Of a stretch of 61,108 nucleotides of DNA, positions 9,143 to 17,928 are shown piece by piece. The position numbers and the translations under genes were made by a program. Every line of letters starts with the position of its first letter. The stretch's first letter is position 1. A model generated the notes under the pieces. The model was not told the origin of the DNA, did not search any database, and worked only from the letters and a program-made list of their open reading frames with translations. This DNA is from an uncultured Caulobacterales bacterium (GTDB lineage Bacteria > Pseudomonadota > Alphaproteobacteria > Caulobacterales > Parvularculaceae): positions 1-61,108 of the forward strand of contig CAYFHK010000001.1 of the NCBI GenBank assembly GCA_964342585.1, read 5' to 3'.

Positions 9143-10083
9143 AGAATTGGCTCGCCTTGGAATGGTCTGACGACACAGTATTCGTCGCGCTCTTCGAAGG
9201 CGGCACAACGCGACTCTGCCTCGCCCTCGGTTGGAAAGGGCCCCGCGATCAGGCGAATGTAGCGCCCCTTGCCCGGCAGATCGACGGCGTGCCCACGCGC
9301 GGACAATGAAGTCAATAAATCAGCATACTGCTCTTGAAGGATATCCCAGCCCTCTTCGGCTTTTTCCGCACGCTGATAGGAGGCCAAGTGCAGGCCGTAA
9401 CCACCACCTGCCTTGGACATTTGCGCCATACGCGAAGCGGCCTCCTCTGCCTTTTCTTTGGCTTCTGAGGGCATGACTGAAACGGTTTGACCGTTGAAAT
9501 CGTCATTCGGCGTCGGCGCGCTCTGCGCAGGTTTCGGCACAGGCGCTCCTTGTCCGCCCAAACGACTAGGCGGTGCGCTCTTTGTCGTCGTTGCAACAGG
9601 AGCACCCGAGGGGGTGTCCTCAATCGCGGCCAACTCGTCCTCGATGTTGGTGCGCGGCTGATAGCTTCCCCGCGCCAATTGCGGCGCCGGGGGCACCTCT
9701 GGCGGCTCGCCATAGCCATCATCTACGGGCTTGAAAGTGAGGATTTGCGGCGGGATCGCCGCACTTGCCTTTTCGGGGGGCGCCGGTTGGGCGGACCGCA
9801 TCGCATCGCTAGCTGGCGTATTCGGCGTAAACGCAACGGGGGTCTTTGCGGCGCGGTAACCCACCCCCCCATCCATTGCCGGATCGAGCAGTTCTGGCGG
9901 CGGCGCAGATCCCCAATTGGGCGCGTCATACGCTGATCGGCGAAGCGCCTGGGGCAAGACCGGATCAGCCGACGCCTGCGGTGCTGCCGGCGCGGCCGCC
10001 ACTTCAGCCTCGGCGCCCGACGATGCACAGGCGGCGAGCGCCAAAGGCCAAACGAGATTGCAAAGAATATAAAGTGTTCGCAT
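9139..10083 (-). CDS. SPOR-domain lipoprotein with Pro/Ala-rich linker
   Basis: Lipobox LALAAC after ATG 10083; C-terminal SPOR YGLHLASY..A..GW..L..KGRYIRLIAGPF..A..C..C. Confidence 0.82.
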   Translation of the reverse strand: MRTLYILCNLVWPLALAACASSGAEAEVAAAPAAPQASADPVLPQALRRSAYDAPNWGSAPPPELLDPAMDGGVGYRAAKTPVAFTPNTPASDAMRSAQPAPPEKASAAIPPQILTFKPVDDGYGEPPEVPPAPQLARGSYQPRTNIEDELAAIEDTPSGAPVATTTKSAPPSRLGGQGAPVPKPAQSAPTPNDDFNGQTVSVMPSEAKEKAEEAASRMAQMSKAGGGYGLHLASYQRAEKAEEGWDILQEQYADLLTSLSARGHAVDLPGKGRYIRLIAGPFPTEGEAESRCAAFEERDEYCVVRPFQGEPIL

Positions 10084-10149
10084 ACGGCGCTCTTCGTTAA
10101 CGGTTTTGGTTGACGAAGCGTTTACGAAACTGAAGAGACCGTTACGATC

Positions 10150-11028
10150 ATGCCCTCGCCCCGCGCCGCTGCCATCGCCCGAACGCGCCTCGATCTTGAG
10201 GCGATTCTGTCTCCATGGCGCAACCATAAAGAGAAAATTTGTCTCGTCCCAACCATGGGTGCGCTGCATGACGGCCACCTCTCGTTAATTCGCCAAGCCA
10301 AGAAACTCAGCGATCGTGTGATCGTAAGCGTGTTCGTCAATCCCCGGCAATTCGGTCCGAACGAAGATTTTGCGACGTATCCACGCGACGAAATGGGCGA
10401 CGTGGAAAAGGCAGAAAGTGCCGGCGCCGACGTGATTTTCACGCCTGATATCAATGAGATGTATCCCGATGGATACCAAACCATCGTCTCGGTGCCCAAG
10501 CTGGCCAATTGCATGGATGGAACGTCTCGCCCCGGCTTCTTCGACGGTGTCGCGACGGTGGTCACCAAACTCTTCACCCAGACACGTCCCGACCAAGCAA
10601 TTTTCGGTGAGAAAGACTTCCAGCAACTCCAAATTATCAAGCGTTTATCCCTTGATCTTAATCTTGGGGTTGAGGTGATCGGCGCGCCAATCATCCGTGA
10701 AGCGGACGGGCTCGCCATGTCGTCCCGCAACCGATACTTGTCCGCCGATGAGCGTGCAGTCGCCGGCAATTTGAACGTCGTTTTGCGCGAAACAGCTCAG
10801 CGCCTGGTCGACGGGGCCGAAATCGACGCCGCATTGCAAACAGGACGCGCTCAGCTCGAAGCGGCCGGCCTCCAGCCGATCGATTACTTTGACCTTCGTA
10901 TCGAGAGCACCCTCGCCAAAATCGACTCGGAGGCCCTGCCCCGCCCCTGCTGCGCCCGCCTTTTTGTCGCGGTGATGCTCGGGCGGACGCGACTCATCGA
11001 CAACTGGCCAGTGCATGTGGAGGGGTGA
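10150..11028 (+). CDS. panC: Pantoate--beta-alanine ligase
   Basis: VPTMGALHDGH, FVNPRQF, FGEKDFQQ, GLAMSSRN and RLIDN motifs. Confidence 0.98.
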   Translation: MPSPRAAAIARTRLDLEAILSPWRNHKEKICLVPTMGALHDGHLSLIRQAKKLSDRVIVSVFVNPRQFGPNEDFATYPRDEMGDVEKAESAGADVIFTPDINEMYPDGYQTIVSVPKLANCMDGTSRPGFFDGVATVVTKLFTQTRPDQAIFGEKDFQQLQIIKRLSLDLNLGVEVIGAPIIREADGLAMSSRNRYLSADERAVAGNLNVVLRETAQRLVDGAEIDAALQTGRAQLEAAGLQPIDYFDLRIESTLAKIDSEALPRPCCARLFVAVMLGRTRLIDNWPVHVEG

Positions 11029-11065
11029 GACCTTACATCATGATTGTCGGGCGGGACCATTCGGC

Positions 11066-11081
11066 CTAAACCGCCATTAAC
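11066..11081 (+). promoter_or_regulatory. Near-consensus CtrA binding site upstream of nfeD
   Basis: CTAA-ACCGCCA-TTAAC, one mismatch to TTAA-N7-TTAAC. Confidence 0.45.
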
Positions 11082-11098
11082 CATCGGGGAGGCGCGAG

Positions 11099-12604
11099 AT
11101 GGGGCAGGAACGCAAAAGGGCTTTCACCGCCGTGGCCATCATCGGCGCGGCATTGCTGTTGCTCCAGCTCTTGGGACAAGGCCTTGCACAGTCAGGTGAG
11201 CGGCGCGGCACCATTCTCACCTTGAACGGCCCCGTCACACCGGCATCGGCAAGCTACCTCGAACGCGAGATCTCTGCCGCATCAGCGCGGGACGAAGAGG
11301 TGATCATCCTCGAGATCGACACCCCCGGCGGCCTTGTCGATTCAATGAAGAGCATCATCAAAGCGATCCTCGCCTCGGACACGCCGGTGGTGACTTATGT
11401 CTCGCCGCAGGGGGCAAGGTCCGCCAGCGCGGGTCTTTATATTATGTATGCGGCCCATGTCTCGGCCATGGCGCCCGCAACGAACACCGGCTCTGCCACG
11501 CCTGTCGAAATCGGCGGCCCCGGTGGAGGCGAGCCGCCGGCTTCGCCTTTCGAGGAACCTGCCCCCGGCGCGGATGAGACCACCGATGAAGCGGCTGAAG
11601 AAACGGAAGAGACGTCAGAAACGGCGCCCACAGATGTTTCGAATGAGGCATCGATGCGCGGCAAGATCATCGAAGACTCCGTCGCCTATATTAAGAGCCT
11701 CGCGGAATTGCGCGGGCGCAACGCAGAGTTCGCTGAGCGCGCTGTCCGGCCGCCCTCGGCGAGTATCACGGTGGACGAAGCGCTTGAGCTTGGCGTGATT
11801 GAGATTAAGGCCGACGATCTCGACGACCTCATGGCGCAGCTCGATGGACGCACCGTCGAAGTGGCTAGCGGTGAGGCCACCTTGGCGACGCGGAACGTAC
11901 TGCTGTCGCGGGTGGAGCCCACCATTGTGGAGAAGATCCTCGGATTTTTCGCCAACCCCAACGTCGCGGCGATCCTCTTCACCCTGGGGACCACCGGCTT
12001 GATCGTGGAAATGTGGAACCCCGGCAGCATCTTTCCCGGGGCACTGGGCTTCCTTTGCCTGATCCTCGCGCTCTATTCCTTCCAGGTACTGCCCTATAAT
12101 GTGGTGCCGCTCGCCCTGATGGGTCTTGGTGCGTTGCTTATCGTGATCGAGCTCTTTACACCGACATTCGGGCTTGCCGGTTTATCGGGCACAGCATTGT
12201 TCGGTGTGGGGCTCTATTTCCTCTTCCCTGGCGAATTCCGGGTCGCGCCTGGTATCTTGGTTGGGGTGATTGGCGCCGCCGGGCTCATCGTCTTAACCAC
12301 ACTATTGGCTGTCGTGCGCTCCCGCGGCCACGGCCCGCTCATTGGGCAAGAAGCGATTCGGAAACGCGAAGGCCGAGTTGACGATTGGGACGCGGATGCG
12401 GGTGAAGGCTATGTGGTCGTCGACGGCGAACGCTGGAAAGCACGGTCCAAAGACAAACTCGCGCCCGGCGATCGCATCAAAGTGCAGGACGTTGACGGCA
12501 TTTGCTTGATCATCCGCAAAGCCCAAGGCAGCAATAGCGTGACGCGCTTCATGACGAAACGTCAGACGACACCATCCGATCCAGCAGCTGAGACCAGCCG
12601 CTAA
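11099..12604 (+). CDS. nfeD: NfeD long-form membrane serine protease (ClpP class)
   Basis: DTPGG, ARSASAG, AMAPATNTGSATPV, TM region and C-terminal OB domain (GERWKA); upstream of an SPFH gene. Confidence 0.92.
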   Translation: MGQERKRAFTAVAIIGAALLLLQLLGQGLAQSGERRGTILTLNGPVTPASASYLEREISAASARDEEVIILEIDTPGGLVDSMKSIIKAILASDTPVVTYVSPQGARSASAGLYIMYAAHVSAMAPATNTGSATPVEIGGPGGGEPPASPFEEPAPGADETTDEAAEETEETSETAPTDVSNEASMRGKIIEDSVAYIKSLAELRGRNAEFAERAVRPPSASITVDEALELGVIEIKADDLDDLMAQLDGRTVEVASGEATLATRNVLLSRVEPTIVEKILGFFANPNVAAILFTLGTTGLIVEMWNPGSIFPGALGFLCLILALYSFQVLPYNVVPLALMGLGALLIVIELFTPTFGLAGLSGTALFGVGLYFLFPGEFRVAPGILVGVIGAAGLIVLTTLLAVVRSRGHGPLIGQEAIRKREGRVDDWDADAGEGYVVVDGERWKARSKDKLAPGDRIKVQDVDGICLIIRKAQGSNSVTRFMTKRQTTPSDPAAETSR

Positions 12605-12649
12605 TAAACGACACGAAACATCCGTGCGCAACGTAAGGAGTGCTCGCCC

Positions 12650-13411
12650 ATGAATATCGAATTCATCAGTTTTCTGATCCCGCTCATTTTCGTCGGCTTT
12701 GTGATCCTCAGTTCGGTGATCAAAGTCCTAAAAGAGTACGAGCGCGGGGTTATCTTCACACTTGGCCGCGTGGGGAAACGTGCCGGAGGCCCGGGCCTGA
12801 TCATCCTTATCCCCGTGGTGCAAACCATGCGCAAAGTCGACATGCGCACATTGGTTGCCGACGTGCCGCCGCAGGACGTCATCTCTCGGGATAACGTTTC
12901 GGTGAACGTGAACGCGGTGATCTATTTCCGCGTCATCGATGCGGTTCGCGCGGTCGTCCAAGTCGAGAACTATGTCGAGGCCACCAGCCAGTTGGCCCAG
13001 ACGACGCTTCGTTCCGTCCTCGGTAAGCACGATCTCGACGAAATGCTTCAGGAGCGCGATCAGCTGAACAAGGACATTCAGCAAATCCTCGACGAGCAAA
13101 CCGAGGCGTGGGGCATCAAGGTGGCGAATGTCGAAATCAAACGCGTCGACGTCGACCCATCGATGATCCGGGCAATCGCACGCCAGGCGGAGGCCGAGCG
13201 CGAACGGCGGGCCAAAATCATCTTGGCTGAAGGCGAACTACAGGCTGCCGCGAAGCTGCGTGAAGCGGCAGATGAGCTGGCAACCCAACCCTCCTCCATG
13301 CAGCTCCGCTATCTGAATACGCTGCAGGAGATCGCATCGGATCGAACGAACACGATCGTCTTCCCCTTCTCGCCCGCAGAAGTGGCGAAAATGCTTGGGC
13401 GCCCCGACTAA
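12650..13411 (+). CDS. SPFH/stomatin-like (slipin) protein
   Basis: [33 protein letters not shown] and [10 protein letters not shown] motifs. Confidence 0.95.
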   Translation: MNIEFISFLIPLIFVGFVILSSVIKVLKEYERGVIFTLGRVGKRAGGPGLIILIPVVQTMRKVDMRTLVADVPPQDVISRDNVSVNVNAVIYFRVIDAVRAVVQVENYVEATSQLAQTTLRSVLGKHDLDEMLQERDQLNKDIQQILDEQTEAWGIKVANVEIKRVDVDPSMIRAIARQAEAERERRAKIILAEGELQAAAKLREAADELATQPSSMQLRYLNTLQEIASDRTNTIVFPFSPAEVAKMLGRPD

Positions 13412-13422
13412 GCTTTTGAGGC

Positions 13423-15717
13423 CTATTTGATCGCGGTAATCTGCTGATCGCGAACGAATTTGCGCATTTCCTCACGCATATCCGGTGTGCCTTTGGAGAT
13501 CATTTCCGCAACGAATGAACGGAGGGGCTCGTAAGAACTGCTCCGGATCATCGCTTTAATCGGGCCGATAGCACTTGCGGGCACGGACAATCGATCAATG
13601 CCAATGGCGATCAGGGCCAGTGCCATGAGCGGGTCGGCCGCCTGCTCACCGCAATAGCCGACGGGTCTCCCTGCACTCTTTCCCTCATTCGCGGTGCGCG
13701 CGAGAAAGCCAAGAAAGATTGGCGACAGCGGATCATACCGTCGGCTGACCAAGGTGTTTTCTCGATCGGCCGCAAAGAAGAACTGCGCCAAGTCATTCCC
13801 GCCGATCGAAATGAAATCGCATGCCGCAGCAATGCGGGAGCAATCCCATGCTGCCGATGGGATTTCGATCATTGCGCCCATGGATAGCGATGAGGGGGGC
13901 GTCGCCGACTGGCGCTCAAGCCGCGCCATTTCCTTATCCACCAGCGCCCGCGCCGCGACCACTTCTTCAACCGTGGTGACCAGAGGCAACATAAACGACA
14001 AATGTCGCCCCTGTGCCGCGCGGAGCAATGCGCGAATCTGCGTCCGCATGAAGCCCTCGCGGTCGATGGCGACGCGCAAGCCTCGCCACCCCATTGCTGG
14101 GTTCACCTCGCGCGGGCCTTCCATATAGCCGGCACGTTTGTCAGAGCCGATATCCGCTGTCCGAAACGTCACCTCACGGCCTTCCGCCGCCTCAAGCACG
14201 CGACGATAAAGCGCTTCTTGATCCGCCGTTGTGGGCAGACGGTTTCCCATCAAGAACTGAAACTCGGTCCGAAACAGGCCGACGGATCGCGCACCCGTCT
14301 CTTTCAGGTGCGCCATATCCAAAATGAGGCCGGCATTCATCTGCAGTTCGATCTCGCGCCCATCTCGCGTGACCGCTGGCTGATCCTTATACGCCGAATA
14401 TTCTTTCAGCGTCCGTGTGCGAAGGATCTTTTTATCGTGGAACGCGTCGACCACCGCCTCGTGCGGGCGCAAATGGACATCGCCGGTCGCGCCGTCGAGC
14501 ACAACCAAATCGCCATTATCCGCGCGATCGACGATATCGGGCAGCCCGGCAACCATCGGGATACTGAGCGATCGCGCAACGATCGCAGCATGCGAGGTGC
14601 TGGCACCTTCCGATAGAACGATCCCTTTTAGGCGTTCCAAATCGAGGTCCAATAGCTCCGCAGGCCCTAGAGTCTCTGCGACGAGGATCGCATTTTCAGG
14701 GATGTTTTCGGGCCCCGTCTGCTCGCCAGCAAGCTCTCGCAAAAGCCGCCGCGCAAGGTCATCAAGATCGTGGAAGCGTTCGCGAAGATATGGATCCTTT
14801 ACGGACCGCATGCGCTGGCGGTTTTCTTCCTGAACCTGAACAACCGCCGATTCTGCCGAAAGACCCGATAACACCTTCTCTTCAAGGCGGCGGACCCAGC
14901 CTTTATCATAGGCAAACAGCCGGTAGACCTCGAGCACCTCTTTCGAAGCGCCTTGCAACCCCGTATCGGCCGCGATCATGTCGTCGATCGACTTCTGCAT
15001 CGCGGCGATCGCGTCTTCTAGGCGCTGCTTTTCGCTCCCCACATTAGAAGCAAAGGTCCGATGCGCCGGCACGCGCGGCTCTCGCCGCAGCACGTGCCCT
15101 TCAGCGATGCCAGGAACGATCGGCGCACCAACCATATGCTCAGGCTTGTGAAGCACCGCTTCAACATCCTGACGATCCCGCTCTTCAAGCAGCTGTCCAG
15201 TTGAAACGATCTCTGCCAGAACGGTGGCAACGGTTTGCGCGACTTCGGTCTCTTCTTCCGAGAAATCCCGCTTGGCGATGTTCTGGATCACCAGCACGCC
15301 AATCACTTGGCCCGAACGGATGATCGGCACACCGAGGAAAGCGTGCAGCGGGTCCTCGCCGGTTTCTGCGCGGTAGGAGAAGGCCTCGTGCGTCTTGGCG
15401 TTGTCGAGTTTCAACGGTCGACGGTGACGTGCAACCCAGCCGACGACACCTTCAGACATATCAAGCCGCGTTGCGTGGACAGCTGCGGGGTTCAAACCTT
15501 GCGTCGCGAATAACTCAAGCACATCATCCGCACGCCGCACATAAATTGAGCAAACGTCGGCGACCATATTGGCAGCGATTGAGCTCACCAAATGGTCGAG
15601 CCGCACTTGCGGTGCGGTCTCCTCGGCCATGATCTCGCGCAGCCGCTTGAGCAAGGCACGGGGCGTCGACCGCGAGCGCGGCTCATACCCTGTGTCTTGC
15701 GGCGGCGTCGGCGACAT
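13423..15717 (-). CDS. ptsP: PTS-Ntr enzyme I (GAF + PEP-protein phosphotransferase)
   Basis: N-terminal GAF (DVCSIY..LELFATQGL), TSHAAIVAR, VGLFRTEF and MIEIP motifs. Confidence 0.97.
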   Translation of the reverse strand: MSPTPPQDTGYEPRSRSTPRALLKRLREIMAEETAPQVRLDHLVSSIAANMVADVCSIYVRRADDVLELFATQGLNPAAVHATRLDMSEGVVGWVARHRRPLKLDNAKTHEAFSYRAETGEDPLHAFLGVPIIRSGQVIGVLVIQNIAKRDFSEEETEVAQTVATVLAEIVSTGQLLEERDRQDVEAVLHKPEHMVGAPIVPGIAEGHVLRREPRVPAHRTFASNVGSEKQRLEDAIAAMQKSIDDMIAADTGLQGASKEVLEVYRLFAYDKGWVRRLEEKVLSGLSAESAVVQVQEENRQRMRSVKDPYLRERFHDLDDLARRLLRELAGEQTGPENIPENAILVAETLGPAELLDLDLERLKGIVLSEGASTSHAAIVARSLSIPMVAGLPDIVDRADNGDLVVLDGATGDVHLRPHEAVVDAFHDKKILRTRTLKEYSAYKDQPAVTRDGREIELQMNAGLILDMAHLKETGARSVGLFRTEFQFLMGNRLPTTADQEALYRRVLEAAEGREVTFRTADIGSDKRAGYMEGPREVNPAMGWRGLRVAIDREGFMRTQIRALLRAAQGRHLSFMLPLVTTVEEVVAARALVDKEMARLERQSATPPSSLSMGAMIEIPSAAWDCSRIAAACDFISIGGNDLAQFFFAADRENTLVSRRYDPLSPIFLGFLARTANEGKSAGRPVGYCGEQAADPLMALALIAIGIDRLSVPASAIGPIKAMIRSSSYEPLRSFVAEMISKGTPDMREEMRKFVRDQQITAIK

Positions 15718-15720
15718 GAT

Positions 15721-17013
15721 TTAGGCGACCTCTCCCAATGAAAAGGCGTCGTGCAGGGCCCGCACGGCCAATTCGGTATATTCCGCTGGGATAAGTACGC
15801 TGATTTTGATTTCCGATGTCGAAATATTGTGCACGTTAATACCGCGTTCAGCCAGCGTTTCGAACATCTTCGCTGCGACGCCAGAATGATCGTTCATCCC
15901 CACACCGATGATCGAGACTTTGGAAACGTTTTGATCCGCTAAGACGGAATCAAAGCCAATGTCTTCTTTCTTTTCGGTCAGGACCGCTTGCGCCCGCGCC
16001 AGATCACCCTCTTTTAAGGTGAAGGACATGTTCGCCGACTCGCCAGTGCGCGCCTGGCTTTGAACAATCATGTCGATATTGACCTTGGCATCCGCCAGGG
16101 TCGCGAAGACTTTCGCTGCCTTCCCCGGCACGTTCGGTATGCCCATTAGGCTCAATTTGGCTTCCGCGCGGCTTGGCACGACCGCCGAGACGACCCGTCG
16201 CTCCATGATGTCATCCTCATCAACAATAAGTGTACAAGCGGGATTTTCCTGTGGCTCTTTCAAACTCGACAGCACACGGATTGGCACGCCATGATTCATG
16301 GCGAGACCAACGCTGCGCGTTTGCAGCACCTTTGCCCCCTGCGATGCCATTTCCAGCATCTCCTCAAAGGAGATACGTGAGAGGCGCTGGGCCCCTGGCA
16401 CCAGGCGCGGGTCTGTCGTGTAAACCCCATCAACGTCCGTATAGATATCACATTGGCCGGCACCGAGCGCAGCCGCAAAGGCAACGGCCGTGGTGTCCGA
16501 GCCGCCGCGCCCCAGCGTGGTGATCCGGCCGTCTTCAGTCACCCCCTGAAAGCCGGCGACCACCGCCACCTCGCCCGCGTCCATGGCCTTGCCCATCTTG
16601 TCGGCGCGGATTTCCAAAATCTCCGCCGCACCATGGGTATCGTCGGTTTCAAGCGGCACTTGCCAACCAAGCCAGCTGCGCGCCGGCACGCCTTGGCGCT
16701 GGAGAATCAAAGCGAGGAGCCCAGCAGAAACCTGCTCACCTGATGCGACAACTGAATCATAATCAGCGGTGCGCGAGACGTCGTTTTGCCCAGCCTCCCG
16801 CGCCAGCCCGACCAATCGGTCGGTCTCCCCGGCCATAGCCGAAACGGTGACGCAGACGCGTTTTCCGGCCCGCACCTCTTTCATCACATGTCTGGCGACC
16901 CGTTCCATTCGCGAGATATCGGCGACAGATGTGCCGCCGAATTTCATCACCAATCGATCGCTGCGCGTTTTCGGCGCATGTGGGGTCAGGGCCATGGGAT
17001 CACCGTGGCTCAT
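15721..17013 (-). CDS. lysC: Aspartate kinase
   Basis: VMKFGGTSV, TLGRGGSDTTA, YTDVDGVYTTDPR and ACT domains (STSEIKIS). Start is 17013 (GGAGGAG SD) or 16995. Confidence 0.97.
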   Translation of the reverse strand: MSHGDPMALTPHAPKTRSDRLVMKFGGTSVADISRMERVARHVMKEVRAGKRVCVTVSAMAGETDRLVGLAREAGQNDVSRTADYDSVVASGEQVSAGLLALILQRQGVPARSWLGWQVPLETDDTHGAAEILEIRADKMGKAMDAGEVAVVAGFQGVTEDGRITTLGRGGSDTTAVAFAAALGAGQCDIYTDVDGVYTTDPRLVPGAQRLSRISFEEMLEMASQGAKVLQTRSVGLAMNHGVPIRVLSSLKEPQENPACTLIVDEDDIMERRVVSAVVPSRAEAKLSLMGIPNVPGKAAKVFATLADAKVNIDMIVQSQARTGESANMSFTLKEGDLARAQAVLTEKKEDIGFDSVLADQNVSKVSIIGVGMNDHSGVAAKMFETLAERGINVHNISTSEIKISVLIPAEYTELAVRALHDAFSLGEVA

Positions 17014-17166
17014 CTGGCCGACACTCCTCCTTACCAAAGCACGTCGTGCTAAGGGATAGAGGGGGCTGCTGCAAGGTCACGAAAGCCATAAGACGCGCTT
17101 CGACGCATTGCGCAACGCAGCAAAATTGCGCAGATTTTATGCCGCGCGCGGAGGACGTAAGAAACC

Positions 17167-17925
17167 ATGACGATCGGTACCACGACCGTAGACGATAAAG
17201 AGATCGAAAAGTTCACCGCAATGGCCGCCGATTGGTGGGATCCGTTCGGGAAATTCAAACCGCTGCATAAGTTCAATCCCACACGTTTGGGCCTTATTCG
17301 CGACCAGTTGTGCCAACATTTCGGACGCGATCGCCAGGAAAAGAAACCCCTCGAAGGTCTTCGCCTATTAGATGTGGGATGCGGCGGCGGGTTGGTCTCA
17401 GAGCCAATGTGCCGTCTTGGCGCAGAGATGGTGGGCATCGACGCCGCAGAAACCAATGTGAAGGTCGCGGCAGCGCATGCGGCGGAAACCGGCTGTGCCA
17501 TCGACTATCGTCACACAACGGTGGAAGACCTCGTTGCAGCGAATGAGCCAAAGTTTGACGCGGTGTTGAACCTCGAAGTGGTGGAGCATGTGGCCGATGT
17601 GCCTTTGTTTCTCTCGGCCAGCGCCTCGCTGGCGAAGCCGGGCGGCATGATAGCCGTCGCCACAATCAACCGCACTCTGAAGGCCTTGATGACGGCGAAG
17701 ATCGGGGCAGAATACATCTTGCGCTGGCTACCAGCGGGCACACATGATCCTCGGAAATTCGTAAAGCCCTCGGAGGTCGTTTCTGCACTGAGCAAGGCAG
17801 GGCTAAAGATCGAGACGGAAAAAGGCCTGACCTATCTTCCGCTCCTCGACGGCTGGCGCACAAGTGATGATTTGTCCGTGAACTATATGATTTTCGCGAG
17901 CAAACCGGCGGCGCCCACATCTTGA
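17167..17925 (+). CDS. ubiG: Ubiquinone biosynthesis O-methyltransferase
   Basis: WWDP.GKFKPLHKFNP.R, LDVGCGGG, LEVVEHV and AEYILRWLPAGTH motifs. Confidence 0.97.
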   Translation: MTIGTTTVDDKEIEKFTAMAADWWDPFGKFKPLHKFNPTRLGLIRDQLCQHFGRDRQEKKPLEGLRLLDVGCGGGLVSEPMCRLGAEMVGIDAAETNVKVAAAHAAETGCAIDYRHTTVEDLVAANEPKFDAVLNLEVVEHVADVPLFLSASASLAKPGGMIAVATINRTLKALMTAKIGAEYILRWLPAGTHDPRKFVKPSEVVSALSKAGLKIETEKGLTYLPLLDGWRTSDDLSVNYMIFASKPAAPTS

Positions 17926-17928
17926 CAC

